25,194 nt of DNA from Armatimonadota bacterium (GTDB lineage: Bacteria > Armatimonadota > Zipacnadia > Zipacnadales > UBA5352): the NCBI GenBank assembly GCA_034722055.1, contig JAYENL010000059.1:21110-46303 (forward strand). The letters run 5' to 3'. The position numbers and the translations under genes were made by a program. Within the stretch, counting starts at the first letter, position 1. Each line of letters starts with the position of its first letter. The notes beneath the pieces are model-generated. The model searched no databases and had not been told where the DNA came from. It was given only the letters and a program-made list of their open reading frames with translations. This document shows positions 8,354 to 18,674 of this stretch, piece after piece.

Positions 8354-10429
8354 TCACTCGTCCAGGGAGAACGGGTCTCCCTCTTCGATCGCCCACTCAT
8401 CCTCCTCGGGCGCGACAGCATCCTCGGCCGGAGCAGTCTGCTCCTCGTCACCTGGCTCGGGCCGCTGTCTGGAGTGATCCGGCCGAGCCTCGGCTCCGGG
8501 ACGCGGCGCGCGCGCCCCATCGCCGATGTAGCCTCGCCCGCCCGAGCCGCGCAAGCGCCGGCAGGTCTCATAGTAGAGCTTCACAACGGTGTCGTCAGGC
8601 GTCAGCTCGCCGCTGTTGATCCCTGCCTGCACCTGCCGCTCCAGCTCCCGGAAGTCCTCCACGGACATATCGGAACCGCCGTCGGCCACGGGGGCGATCA
8701 GCGGGTCCGCCCCCCCGGAGCGCCGGTGCATCTTCAGCCGCCCGATCATCTGCTGAATCTGCTCGCTGCGGATCTCCTCGTCCTCCCGGCGGGACGGCCG
8801 GACCTCGGTTACGGTCAGTTCCACGCACCGCTTGCGGACCCCTTCCGCCTCGGGCAAAGCCTCGATGAGCGCGTCCACGTCCAGCCGTCCGCGTTCGGCC
8901 ATCTGCTCGCCCACGGCCTCCAGGATGACGGCATCAGTCTCCAGGATCATGTCCCCCGGCTGCAGCTCCGCCACCAGCGTGCGGGCCAGCTCCTGGTCAT
9001 CGAAGGCCTGCGCCAGCAGCTCCGTCTCCGTGCGCAGCAGCCCCTGCCGGGGGCGGCTGAGCGTCTCGCTGATGTAGCTGGAGTCCGAGCCGCCATCCGC
9101 TCGCTGGGTGCGCCGGTCTTTGCGCGAGCGGCGCCCAAACTCCAGCTTGATGGCCCGCTGGACGGACTCCCCGAGCACGCTGTCGCCCTCGGCCCAGAAG
9201 TCCACGGCCCGGCGGAGGTACTCGTCGCGGGCCGTCCAGTCCTGGATTTTCATCAGCACCTCCACGGCGTCGTGCACGGCGGCGCTGCGGCCCGTGGGGC
9301 CGTCAGCGGCGTGGCGCTCGAAGGCGGCTCGCAGCTCGTACTCGATGGGGGAGATGCGTTCCTGCAGCAGGTCGCGGAAGGCATCGACGCCATGTGTCTT
9401 GACGAACTCGTCGGGGTCCATGTTCTCGGGCAGCACGATGAGGCTGACGGCGACGTCGGAGCCCTCGAAGACCTCCAGGTTCCTCAGCGCCGCCCGGGCG
9501 CCGGCGGCGTCAGCGTCGTAGACCAGCACCACCTCGTCGGCGTAGCGTCCCACCAGGTCGAGCTGCTGCTTGGTCAGCGCCGTGCCCAGCCCGGCCACCA
9601 CGTTGCGCAGCCCCGCCTGATGGAGGGCGATGACGTCGGTGTAGCCCTCCACGATCAGCGCCCGCTTCTCGGCAACGATGGCGTCGCGCGCGAGGTCCAG
9701 CGCGTAGAGGGCCCGGCGCTTGCGGAACAGCGGCGTCTCCGGCGAGTTCAGGTACTTGGCCGGGTTCTCGGGATCGAGCGTGCGCCCGCCGAAGGCGATG
9801 GGCCGCCCCGACAGGTCGTTGATCGGGAAGATGATTCGATTGCGGAAGGTGTCGTAGTGCCCCCCGCGGTCGCTGGCCTTGGCCAGCCCGGCCTCCTCGG
9901 CCAGGGCGGCGTTGATGCCCTGCGCCGCGAGCGTGTTGAGCAGGTCGTCCCATGACTCCAGCGCGTAGCCGATCTGGAAGCTGTCGATGGCCGACCGATT
10001 GAAGCTCCTCTCGCGCAGATAGTCCCGCGCGCGCTCGGCCTCTGGGTGCTCCAACAGGTTCTTGACGAAGTGGTCCCGCGCGATCTCGTTGGCGCGTTCG
10101 AGTATCTCGCGGCGCTCCCGGCGCGCATCCGCCTGCGGGTCAGCCCGGTAGGACACGCCCGCCCGGCGGGCCAGCATCCGCATGGCCTCCGGGAAGCTCA
10201 GGCCCTCCTGCCGCATCACGAACGAGAACAGGTCCCCGCCCTCGCCGCAGCCGAAGCAGTGCCAGAAGCCTCGCTCGGGGTCAACGTAGAACGAGGGGGT
10301 CTTCTCCTGGTGGAAGGGACAGAGGCCCTTGAGCCTCGAGCCCGCCCGCTCCAGCCGTACGTACTGGCCGATTACCTCGGCCAGGTCCAGGCGCTCGCGA
10401 ATCTCCTCTTTGGTGTCATCGAAGTCCAT
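8354..10429 (-). CDS. dnaG: DNA primase
   Basis: Zn-binding CPFH..KTPSF...[28 protein letters not shown], Toprim VEGYTD and YDADAAG. Start set at [16 protein letters not shown] (ATG 10429), not the ORF-track start at 10618. Confidence 0.96.
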   Translation of the reverse strand: MDFDDTKEEIRERLDLAEVIGQYVRLERAGSRLKGLCPFHQEKTPSFYVDPERGFWHCFGCGEGGDLFSFVMRQEGLSFPEAMRMLARRAGVSYRADPQADARRERREILERANEIARDHFVKNLLEHPEAERARDYLRERSFNRSAIDSFQIGYALESWDDLLNTLAAQGINAALAEEAGLAKASDRGGHYDTFRNRIIFPINDLSGRPIAFGGRTLDPENPAKYLNSPETPLFRKRRALYALDLARDAIVAEKRALIVEGYTDVIALHQAGLRNVVAGLGTALTKQQLDLVGRYADEVVLVYDADAAGARAALRNLEVFEGSDVAVSLIVLPENMDPDEFVKTHGVDAFRDLLQERISPIEYELRAAFERHAADGPTGRSAAVHDAVEVLMKIQDWTARDEYLRRAVDFWAEGDSVLGESVQRAIKLEFGRRSRKDRRTQRADGGSDSSYISETLSRPRQGLLRTETELLAQAFDDQELARTLVAELQPGDMILETDAVILEAVGEQMAERGRLDVDALIEALPEAEGVRKRCVELTVTEVRPSRREDEEIRSEQIQQMIGRLKMHRRSGGADPLIAPVADGGSDMSVEDFRELERQVQAGINSGELTPDDTVVKLYYETCRRLRGSGGRGYIGDGARAPRPGAEARPDHSRQRPEPGDEEQTAPAEDAVAPEEDEWAIEEGDPFSLDE

Positions 10430-10549
10430 CGGTGAGCCGTCCGGTATGCGGCAGATAGCTCCTCTCTGGTTATGCTCAGTGGCGAACGAGGCGGCGCCCG
10501 ACTCCGGCAGGCGCCGCCCGCTCCGGCAACGGGCGCGGTGATTGATTTC

Positions 10550-10577
10550 CTTCGCCGCGCAGCACGTCGACTCCTGC
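10550..10577 (-). promoter_or_regulatory. Putative SigH-like promoter of dnaG-rpoD, GCAGGA-N16-GCGAAG
   Basis: About 120 nt upstream of dnaG; recurrent motif. Confidence 0.55.
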
Positions 10578-10741
10578 CGCACCGGGCTTTTTCGGCCCAG
10601 ACACGCGCGCCTCCCCACGGGGAGGAGGCCGTCAGCGCATTGGCGCCGCCAAGGCCGCCTGCAGAGGGCTCACGAGACCGTTCACCCGCCACGGCCGCCT
10701 TCCCGGCGCCCCCGCAGGTTTCCTCCGCCGCTGCGCAGATA

Positions 10742-10768
10742 GCAGGAGATTCTCCAACGCGGGCGAAG
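10742..10768 (+). promoter_or_regulatory. Putative SigH-like promoter GCAGGA-N15-GCGAAG
   Basis: About 50 nt upstream of the 5'-nucleotidase ATG; recurrent motif. Confidence 0.55.
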
Positions 10769-10820
10769 CCTCTCTGTCGTTCGCTGGACGGGCGAGACTG
10801 GGTGTGGAAGGGAGCCAGTC

Positions 10821-12329
10821 ATGCGACGGTCGTCCTTGCGCCTGGGCCGCACACTGGTGAGGCTGGCGGCGGTTGTCACGCTGGCCGTTCTGGTGGCCTC
10901 ACTGGGATGGGCGACGCCCCAGCGGCTGACCATCCTGCACTTCAACGACTCCCACGGAAACGTTGTGACCCCCGGTGAGGGCAAGCTGGGCGGCATGGCG
11001 CGCCTCGCCGGGACCATCAACGAGGTGCGCGCGGCGAACGATGCCGCCGGGGCGCAGACGCTGGTGCTCGTCGCCGGCGACGTGCTGCAGGGCACGCCCC
11101 TGTCCACGGTCTTCAAGGGCGAGGTGGACTTCATCGCCCTCAACGCCATGGACGTGGACGCCATGGTCATGGGCAACCACGAGTTCGACTTCGGAATGCC
11201 GAACCTGCACAGGCTGGTCGAGATGGCCGAGTTCCCCATGCTCTCGGCGAACATCCGCCGGAGGGCCGACGCAACCCGCGTCTTCCCGGGCACAATACGC
11301 TTCACGGTCGGCGACGAGATGGTCGTCGTCATGGGGCTCACCACGCCCGAGACGCGGGTGACCACCAAGCCCTCCAACGTGGCCAACCTCATCTTCGAGG
11401 ACCCGGCCGAGGTCGCCTGCATGCTGGCCGAGCGCATCACCCACACCCGGGATCGCGTCATCGTGGCCCTGACCCATCTGGGCTACGAGCAGGACCTGGC
11501 GCTGGCCGGGCAGGTGCCGAAGCTGGATGTCATTGTCGGCGGGCACAGCCACACGACGGTCGAGACGGCCGCGCGCGTCGGTCCCACCCTGGTGGTGCAG
11601 GCCGGCTCCTACGGGGAGTACCTGGGCCGGCTGGACCTGGTAATCGACGACGGGCGCGTCAGCAGCTACGACTACCGGCTGATCCCCATGGACGCCACCC
11701 GGCCGGAGGACCCCGAGGTGCTCGCCATCGTTGAGGCCTACAACGCCCGGCTCCAGGAGGCCATGAAGAAGGTCGTGGGCACCACGGAGGTCTTCCTGGA
11801 CGGCGAGAGGGAGCACGTGCGCTCGCGTGAGACCAACCTCGGCAACGCCATCACCGACGCCATGCGCCTCGTCTCCGGCGCGCCCATCGCGCTGCAGAAC
11901 GGGGGCGGCATCCGGGCGTCGATCGACGAGGGCCCCATCACCCTCGGCGAGGTGCTCACTGTCCTCCCCTTCGGCAACGAGGTGGCCACCGTGATGCTCA
12001 CCGGCCGGCAGCTTCGCGACATCCTGCAGCGCAGCGTCGCGGCTGAGAGGCCCTTCGGCGGCTTCCTGCACGTCTCGGGGCTGAGGATCATCGCCGAGGG
12101 CGACCGGATCGCGGAGGTGACCGTCGGCGATGAGCCGGTCGATCTCCAGGAGACCTATCTCGTGGCCACGAACGCCTTTCTGCTGGAGGGCGGGGACGGC
12201 TATGAGACCTTCACTGAGAGCCGCAACCCCTACTACGTTGGAACCAAGCTGGACAGCGCGTTCGTCCAATATCTCAGCGAGCACGGAAGCATCGCACCCC
12301 AGGAGGAGGGGAGGATCGTGATCCGATGA
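10821..12329 (+). CDS. Secreted bifunctional metallophosphoesterase/5'-nucleotidase (UshA-like)
   Basis: Signal peptide; LTILHFNDSHG, AGDVLQG, GNHEFD, LTHLG, GGHSH; C-terminal domain RSRETNLGN and NGGGIRASI. Confidence 0.92.
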   Translation: MRRSSLRLGRTLVRLAAVVTLAVLVASLGWATPQRLTILHFNDSHGNVVTPGEGKLGGMARLAGTINEVRAANDAAGAQTLVLVAGDVLQGTPLSTVFKGEVDFIALNAMDVDAMVMGNHEFDFGMPNLHRLVEMAEFPMLSANIRRRADATRVFPGTIRFTVGDEMVVVMGLTTPETRVTTKPSNVANLIFEDPAEVACMLAERITHTRDRVIVALTHLGYEQDLALAGQVPKLDVIVGGHSHTTVETAARVGPTLVVQAGSYGEYLGRLDLVIDDGRVSSYDYRLIPMDATRPEDPEVLAIVEAYNARLQEAMKKVVGTTEVFLDGEREHVRSRETNLGNAITDAMRLVSGAPIALQNGGGIRASIDEGPITLGEVLTVLPFGNEVATVMLTGRQLRDILQRSVAAERPFGGFLHVSGLRIIAEGDRIAEVTVGDEPVDLQETYLVATNAFLLEGGDGYETFTESRNPYYVGTKLDSAFVQYLSEHGSIAPQEEGRIVIR

Positions 12330-14149
12330 CACCGACCAAGCAGCTCACGATCGCGGCGATCATCGCGGTGGTGGCTATCGCCGCCTGCGCCCAGGGCAAC
12401 CTGCCGCAGCCGGTGCAGGCAGCCATCGAGGACCTAGCAGGCCGCCTGGACGTGGCGCCCGACGCCATCACCGTGGCGAGCTTCGAGGAGGTGACCTGGC
12501 CGGACACCTCGCTGGGCAATCCCGAGCCGGGGCGCGTCTACGCCCAGGTGCTGACTCCCGGCTACCGCGTGATGCTGGAGGCTCAGGGGCAGCGCTACGA
12601 GTACCACACCGACCGGGGCACGCGCGTGACCCTGATGGAGCCCGGCGGCGAGGAGACACCCGCGGCGGAGGGCGAGCACGAGGAGCTGCACGCCCGGCTG
12701 CGGATGATCCGCCGGGCCGGCGGCCATCTCGCGCAGCAGCTCGGGATCGAGATCAACGAGGTTTACCTGGCATCCGTGGAGGAGGTCACCTGGCCGGACG
12801 CGTCGCTTGGCGCGCCGCGGCCGGGCGAGACCTACGCCCAGGTGCAGACGCCCGGCTACCGGCTGCTCCTGGAGGCGGCGGGCCAGTTGCACGAGTATCA
12901 CACCGACACCGCCGGCCGGGTCGTGACGGCCGAGGGAACGATGGTCGCGGGGGTGACCGAAGTGCCTGCAGCGAGCGAGCAGCCGGTGGTCGTCAGCCGC
13001 GCCCTCGCGGACCTCGCCGGCCGCCTCGGAATCGACCAGGGGCAGATAACCGTCGTGAGCGTCGAGGCCCTGCAGTGGCCGGACAGCTCCCTGGGACTGC
13101 CCGATCCGGGGATGATGTACCCCCAGGCGATCGTCCCCGGCCACAGGATTGTGCTGGCCGCGGAGGGGCGGCGCTTCGAGTACCACTCGGCAGGCGGAAC
13201 GGCCGTGCGCTACGCCGGCATCGTCTACCCGGACGATGCGGAGGTGTCGGTGCTGGCGCTCCAGCCCACGGAGCCGGCGGACGGGAACAACCGCTTCCAC
13301 CTCCAGCGCATCGACCCCCGCACTGGCGAGAGCGAGATCGCCGTCCAGTTCATCTCGAAGTTCGCGGCTACCCCCGACGGGAGGGACATTGCGGTCGTCA
13401 AGCGTACGTCCCGCTCCAGCCACGAACTCGGCTACGTCCAGTCCGACGGCAGCGTCGAGCCCCTGGACGGGGGCTTCGACGTCTTCGTGGTGGCCTGGAG
13501 CCCGCTCGGCGAGCGGCTGGCGTACTGGGTCCGACCCAGGATCGCCAACGAGGTCTTCCTGCGGGTGCTGAACAAGCCGTGGGGGGAGCCGGAGGAGCTT
13601 TCGCTTCCCGGCGCGGAGCCGGGGAGCTTCCAGCCGGGGAATCTGGTGTGGACCAATGACGCTCTGGCCGTGACGGTGACGAGCGCGGCCGGCGCCCGGA
13701 GCTTCCTCTGGGACGGCGAGGAGATGCGAGACCTGGGACAGGTCGCCGTGCTGGGCTGGATCCCGCGGAGCTCGTCGCTGCTGATCCGCGACGAGGACGG
13801 GAAGCTCATCGCTGTGATCCCGGAGCGCGGCAAGACCGCGGAGCTTGTCAGCCAGGGCAAGGTCCTCTCCGCCGCCGCCCCGGCGGGCGAGCGCTACGTG
13901 ATCGCCGCGGTCGAGGAGAATGACGTGACTCGGCTGCTCCGTGTGGAGTGGGGCGGACAGGGACAGATGCTGCGGCTGATGACGAATGTCAGCGAGGTAT
14001 CCGTTGAGGTGGCACCCGTCGGCGGCATCTTCACCGTGAGTCGGGTCTTCGGCGACACGCCTCTGGTGGACATCATGGAGCTCGGTGAGCCGGTGGGCAC
14101 GCTGCAGCAGCTCCAGCAGCCCGGGCCGGCCATCCCTGTGGCGAACTAA
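12326..14149 (+). CDS. Exported (possibly lipo-) protein with three tandem WPDxSLG repeats and a C-terminal TolB/beta-propeller-like region
   Basis: Signal peptide ending IAAC; three DLA.RLG...I...S.E...WPD.SLG.P.PG..Y.Q...PG.R..L...G...EYH units; TPDGRDIA and WSPLGERLAY motifs. ATGA overlap with the upstream gene. Confidence 0.75.
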   Translation: MTPTKQLTIAAIIAVVAIAACAQGNLPQPVQAAIEDLAGRLDVAPDAITVASFEEVTWPDTSLGNPEPGRVYAQVLTPGYRVMLEAQGQRYEYHTDRGTRVTLMEPGGEETPAAEGEHEELHARLRMIRRAGGHLAQQLGIEINEVYLASVEEVTWPDASLGAPRPGETYAQVQTPGYRLLLEAAGQLHEYHTDTAGRVVTAEGTMVAGVTEVPAASEQPVVVSRALADLAGRLGIDQGQITVVSVEALQWPDSSLGLPDPGMMYPQAIVPGHRIVLAAEGRRFEYHSAGGTAVRYAGIVYPDDAEVSVLALQPTEPADGNNRFHLQRIDPRTGESEIAVQFISKFAATPDGRDIAVVKRTSRSSHELGYVQSDGSVEPLDGGFDVFVVAWSPLGERLAYWVRPRIANEVFLRVLNKPWGEPEELSLPGAEPGSFQPGNLVWTNDALAVTVTSAAGARSFLWDGEEMRDLGQVAVLGWIPRSSSLLIRDEDGKLIAVIPERGKTAELVSQGKVLSAAAPAGERYVIAAVEENDVTRLLRVEWGGQGQMLRLMTNVSEVSVEVAPVGGIFTVSRVFGDTPLVDIMELGEPVGTLQQLQQPGPAIPVAN

Positions 14150-15009
14150 CCGCGCAGCTCCAGCAGCAGGTCGTAGAGCTCGTTGCGCCCGCGGCCGGTC
14201 AGCTCGGAGAGCAGGTCGGCCGCGTCGCGCGTGCTGATACCTGCATCGAGGAGGCGGCACCCGGCGTCGCGCAGGGCTGCCTCGTCCAGTGCGTGCTCAT
14301 CGTGGTCCTCGCCCGGGGGCAGCAGGACGGACAGCTCGCCGCGTGGCTGCTGCCCGGCGAACCGCTCGATCGCCCCGGCGACCGTGGTTCGCAGGATCTC
14401 CTCGTGGAGCTTGGTGAGCTCCCGGCAGATGATCACGGGCTGCTCGGGGCCGGCCACCTCCTGGAGATCCGCGAGGCAGTCCCGCAGCCGGTGGGGAGCC
14501 TCGAAGAACACGCTCGTCACCGGTGAGGCGACCAGTCGCGCCAGGAACTGGCGGCGCTGATCCTCGCGCCGCGGCGGGTAGCCGGCGAACTCGAAGCGGT
14601 GCGCCGGCAGTCCGCTGGCGCTGAGCGCGGCCGTGACGGCGCTGGCGCCGGGGACCGGGACGATGCGCACTCCTCGCTCCGCGGCCTCCCGCACCAGTGT
14701 CGCCCCCGGATCGGAGAGGGCCGGCGTGCCGGCGTCGGAGGCCAGCGCCATGACCGCCCCGGAGGCGAGGCGGTCGATGAGCCTGGCCCGCTTGTCGGGA
14801 TGGGTGTCGCCGTGGTAGCTCTCGACGGGTGTGGAGACATTCATGGCCGACAGCAGCGTGCGCACCCGCCGCGTATCCTCCGCCAGCACCAGCTCCGCCT
14901 CGCCCAGCACGCGCCGGGCGCGCTCGGTGATGTCCTCGAGGTTCCCGATCGGCGTGGCGACCACGTAGAGTGTGCCGGGGGTGGGCTCGTCGCGGGACTC
15001 GGTCGCCAT
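14146..15009 (-). CDS. rsmI: 16S rRNA (cytidine1402-2'-O)-methyltransferase
   Basis: GTLYVVATPIGNLEDITERA, AEDTR, SDAGTPALSDPG, PVPGASA, FEAPHRL, RELTKLHEE. Confidence 0.96.
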   Translation of the reverse strand: MATESRDEPTPGTLYVVATPIGNLEDITERARRVLGEAELVLAEDTRRVRTLLSAMNVSTPVESYHGDTHPDKRARLIDRLASGAVMALASDAGTPALSDPGATLVREAAERGVRIVPVPGASAVTAALSASGLPAHRFEFAGYPPRREDQRRQFLARLVASPVTSVFFEAPHRLRDCLADLQEVAGPEQPVIICRELTKLHEEILRTTVAGAIERFAGQQPRGELSVLLPPGEDHDEHALDEAALRDAGCRLLDAGISTRDAADLLSELTGRGRNELYDLLLELRG

Positions 15010-15025
15010 GGCTCTGCTCCGGGGT

Positions 15026-15814
15026 TCAGACGTGCGCGGCGTCGCGGAGGGGCGGGGACGGTGGCATGCTGCGCTTGAAGGCGCTGCTGTCCATGCGCCG
15101 GGCGACCTGCCGAACGACCTCCTCGTCGAAGCCCTCGGCCGCCACCTGCTCGGGCGTCATGCCGTCATCCACCAGCCGCGAGAGTATCCGGTCGGCCATC
15201 TCGTAGGTGAAGCCCAGCTCGCCCTCATCCGTCTGCCCCTGCCACAGGTCGGCGGTGGGGGGCTTGGCGATGATCCGCTCCGGGATGCCCAGGTGCTCAG
15301 CCAGCCGCCGGACCTGGGTCTTGTAGAGGTCGCCGATGGGCTCGAAGGCGCAGGCCATGTCGCCCCACAGCGTGGTGTAGCCCAGCAGCGCCTCGGTGCG
15401 ATTCCCGGTGCCGATGACCAGCGCATCGAGGCGCTCGGACTGGTCGTAGAGGATGGCCATGCGCTCCCGCGCCATCTTGTTGGCGCGGCGCAGGCGGTCG
15501 GCGTCGGGCCAGCGCTCGAAGTAGGCATCGATCATGGGCGTGATGTCGATGACCTGGTGCGGCAGGTCCAGGTCCTCGGCGATTGCTCGAGCGTCGTCGA
15601 GCGATTCCGAGCTGGAGCCGCTGTAGGGCATCATGAGGGCGTGCACCCGACTCGGCCCCAGGGCGCGGGCGGCGAGATAGGCGGTCACCGCGGAGTCGAT
15701 GCCGCCTGAGAGGCCCAGAACGCCGCGCCGCCGGCCGGCGGCCTCCACCCGCCGGTGGATGAAGCGGGCGGCCTCCGCCGCGGCCCCCTCCCAGTCAAGC
15801 TCGAAGCGGTCCAT
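15026..15814 (-). CDS. nadE: NH3-dependent NAD+ synthetase
   Basis: LGLSGGIDSAV, NKMARERM, GTGNRTE, GYTTLWGD, DLYKTQV, KPPTADLWQGQTDE; no glutaminase domain. Confidence 0.95.
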   Translation of the reverse strand: MDRFELDWEGAAAEAARFIHRRVEAAGRRRGVLGLSGGIDSAVTAYLAARALGPSRVHALMMPYSGSSSESLDDARAIAEDLDLPHQVIDITPMIDAYFERWPDADRLRRANKMARERMAILYDQSERLDALVIGTGNRTEALLGYTTLWGDMACAFEPIGDLYKTQVRRLAEHLGIPERIIAKPPTADLWQGQTDEGELGFTYEMADRILSRLVDDGMTPEQVAAEGFDEEVVRQVARRMDSSAFKRSMPPSPPLRDAAHV

Positions 15815-15824
15815 GGCTGCCGGC

Positions 15825-17522
15825 CTACCCGCCGCTCTCCGGGATGGTGATGGGCATCTGAGACTGTGACTGCATGCTCTCCTCGTACTCGTCGAGCCAC
15901 TGCTGCTCCTTCTGTGCCAGCTCCGTGCGCTCCAGCTCCTCGTAGACGGCCTTGAGCTGCCCGTGGATGGCCCTGTTCATGCGGTCGAAGCCCTGTGCCC
16001 ACTCGGAGGCGGCCTGCAAGCGCTCGATGGCCTGCTCCGTGCGTCCCACCTCCTTCAGCAGCAGGCCGAGGTGCAGGTGCACCTCGGGCGATTGCTGCGC
16101 CCTGGCCTCCTCGGTTTCCAGGAGCTTGGTGAGCACCTGGATGGCCTTGCCGGGCTGGTCGCCGCGCTTGAGCAGCATCGCCAACTCGAAGGCCGCCGAC
16201 GCGTTGTAGGGGTCCTGCTTGAACGCGGTGGCCAGCAGCTCTGCCGCCTGGGCAGCGTGCCTTTCGGGGTCCTTCTCCAGCATCTTGTAGGCCTGCAGCT
16301 CGGGGTCGATGATCTCTATCTCGGCCCTCTCCCGGAGCTGCTGCCGAAAGTCCTTCCAGGCGTCCTGCCGACGCTGGACGAGCAGTTGCTGGCGGTACTG
16401 CTCCTTGCTCTCCTCGAAGTTCTCGGGCAGCTCCAGCCGGCGGCCCTCGACCTTGATGATGTGCAGGCCCATAGGGCTCTCGACCGGATCGGAGATCTCG
16501 CCCTCCTTCAGGTCGAAGGCGGCCTTGGTGAACTCGGGGACCCTTTGGAAGGCCAGGTCCGGCAGCATCCGGTCGCGAGTGAACCATCCCAGGTCCCCGC
16601 CCTGCTGGGCGCTGAAGGCATCGGAGTGCTCCTTCGCCAGCTCCGCGAAGTCGGCGCCCTGTTGTGCCTTCTGCTTGAGCGCCAGCAGCTTCTCGCGAGC
16701 CTTGGCCTGGGCCTGCTCCAGCGTCATGGAGCTCTCGGCCTCGGGGTCTTCCTGCGCCTCGGGCCCAGCGTCCGGGGTCTCCTCGCCCGCCTCTTCGGCC
16801 GTGGCCTCGGCGAGGATCCTCTGGGGGTCGATCATGATGTGCCGGGCCTTGACCTCCTCGAAGCTCTGCCTAAGCTCCTCGTCCGAGAGGGTGACGGCGC
16901 TCTCGAGCTTCTCCCGCAGCTTCTCACGCGCCAACTCGCTGCGGAGTTCCTCGTCAAGGGAGGTGCCCGGAGGCACCATGTTCGGCAGCCGCTCTGTGCG
17001 GATCTCGCGCTTGAACTCCTCCAGCGACATGTCACGCTCCTCGAGGATGCTGTGTAGCGTGCGCTGATCGGAGTACCGGCTGTTGATCGTATCCTCGACC
17101 ATCTCGTCCTTCTTCGCCTCGATGTCCTCACTGGTGACGCGGATGCCCTGGGCCTTTGCAGCTTCCTCCAGCAGCTCACGGTCGATCAGTATGTCGAGCA
17201 CCATTGTCTTCAGCCCGGCCATCCTCATGAGGTCCGATGGTCGGCCCTGCTTCGCGAAGTAAAGGCGCGTGTCATACTCACTGCGCGACAGCTCGTGACC
17301 GTCAACGGTGGCGACTACGGGCGAGACATCGCGACTGGCTCGGCCCCCAACCGGCCCCCCGCCGCCCATCCCTGGACCGTACATGTAGTAGGTGCCTACG
17401 ATGAAGATGATGACGAACAGCCAGAAGATAATGGCCAGCGGCGAACCAAGCTCGAAGGTGCGGCCAAACAGACTCAGCTTGATCTGCTTGCGGACCATCT
17501 TGCGCATCTTGACGATAGACAT
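15825..17522 (-). CDS. Membrane-anchored parvulin PPIase/chaperone (SurA/PrsA/PpiD-like) with C-terminal TPR region
   Basis: N-terminal TM helix; VATVDG SurA-like N-domain; VKARHIMI, ADFAELAKEHSD, GGDLGWF, ISDPVESPMGLHIIKV; TPR-like VHLHLGLLLKEVGRTEQAIERL. Confidence 0.88.
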   Translation of the reverse strand: MSIVKMRKMVRKQIKLSLFGRTFELGSPLAIIFWLFVIIFIVGTYYMYGPGMGGGGPVGGRASRDVSPVVATVDGHELSRSEYDTRLYFAKQGRPSDLMRMAGLKTMVLDILIDRELLEEAAKAQGIRVTSEDIEAKKDEMVEDTINSRYSDQRTLHSILEERDMSLEEFKREIRTERLPNMVPPGTSLDEELRSELAREKLREKLESAVTLSDEELRQSFEEVKARHIMIDPQRILAEATAEEAGEETPDAGPEAQEDPEAESSMTLEQAQAKAREKLLALKQKAQQGADFAELAKEHSDAFSAQQGGDLGWFTRDRMLPDLAFQRVPEFTKAAFDLKEGEISDPVESPMGLHIIKVEGRRLELPENFEESKEQYRQQLLVQRRQDAWKDFRQQLRERAEIEIIDPELQAYKMLEKDPERHAAQAAELLATAFKQDPYNASAAFELAMLLKRGDQPGKAIQVLTKLLETEEARAQQSPEVHLHLGLLLKEVGRTEQAIERLQAASEWAQGFDRMNRAIHGQLKAVYEELERTELAQKEQQWLDEYEESMQSQSQMPITIPESGG

Positions 17523-17564
17523 TGACTGTTCCCCTTCGCAGTTTCCGTCACGGACGGGCGCGGG

Positions 17565-18674
17565 CTACCGCGCCGAGACGTGCTCCTCCCAGCGCCGCTC
17601 AACATACCCGCCGAGCTGATCCTTGAAGCGGTCGATGCTGAAGCGCAGCGCGTTGCTGCGGCAGACCTCCGGGTCGAACCGCCCCGGGTCGAAGTCCTCC
17701 AGGGCCGCCACCAGCGCTTCCACGGTCTGCTCCTCGAAGAACAGGCAGGTCCGGCCCTCGACCATGGTCTCGACGGCGCCGCCGGCCCGGTAGGCGATCA
17801 CCGGCCTGCCGGTGGCATTGGCCTCCAGCGGCGTGAGGCCGAAGTCCTCCTCCTGAGGCATGACGAAGCCGCGGCAGCGCTGATAGTAGCCCACGATCTG
17901 CTCGTCGGGCACCCTTCCGCACATCTCCACGGTGGGTCCCGCCAGGTCGCAGAGGGACTCGAACTCCGGGCCGTCGCCCACCACCTTCAGCGGGAGCCGC
18001 AGCTCGTTGCAGGCCCGGACGGCCAGGTCCACGCGCTTGTAGGGATTGAGCGCGGAGACCACCAGCAGGTAGTCCTCCGCCCCGTCCTCGGGCACAAACT
18101 TGTCGGTGTCCACAGGCGGGTGGATGACCAGGTCCGGCTCCCGGAGGTAGGCCTCTCGCATCCGCCGCCGCGTGGTCTCGGAGATGGCCACCATGTATTG
18201 AGGACGCTGCGCGGTGCGCCGGTCCCACTCGCGCAGCGACGGGATAGTGGCACGAACGAAGGCCTTCGCGAGCCCCCCGGTGCGCAGGGAGTCGATGTAC
18301 TCGTCGGCCCAGAACCACAGAAAGCGCGCCGGGCTGTAGCAGTAGGCGATGTGCAACGCGCCGTCGCGCTGTCGCGCGCTTTTGGACCATCCGCAGCTTG
18401 AGCTGATGACCAGATCGAACTCGCTCAGGTCCAGGTAGTCGATGGCCACCGGCATGAGCAGGTACAGCTTCCTGTAGAGCCGGAGCGAGCCGGGGATGTC
18501 CTGCAGCAGCGACGGGCGGATGTCCCACTCGCGGAGGCGGTCCTCCATCTGCTCGGGGTCGTACAGAATGGTGAAGACCGGCGCCTCCGGCCACATCTGG
18601 TGCATGACATCGACCACGCGCTCGGCGCCCCGAATGCCCTGCACCAGATAGTCGTGGACGATCGCCAGGTTCAC
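17565..18674 (-). CDS. Glycosyltransferase family 4 (GT-B)
   Basis: GTG start overlapping the thiC stop (GTGA); LAIVHDYL...[41 protein letters not shown]. Confidence 0.92.
   Translation of the reverse strand: MNLAIVHDYLVQGIRGAERVVDVMHQMWPEAPVFTILYDPEQMEDRLREWDIRPSLLQDIPGSLRLYRKLYLLMPVAIDYLDLSEFDLVISSSCGWSKSARQRDGALHIAYCYSPARFLWFWADEYIDSLRTGGLAKAFVRATIPSLREWDRRTAQRPQYMVAISETTRRRMREAYLREPDLVIHPPVDTDKFVPEDGAEDYLLVVSALNPYKRVDLAVRACNELRLPLKVVGDGPEFESLCDLAGPTVEMCGRVPDEQIVGYYQRCRGFVMPQEEDFGLTPLEANATGRPVIAYRAGGAVETMVEGRTCLFFEEQTVEALVAALEDFDPGRFDPEVCRSNALRFSIDRFKDQLGGYVERRWEEHVSAR

Noticed and set aside
10430..10618. ORF-track N-terminal extension of dnaG (likewise the extended starts at 2057, 18734, 20173, 19761 and 21899)
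   Set aside because: These extensions run through promoters, leaders or neighbouring genes; downstream starts fit RBSs, signal peptides or family N-termini better.
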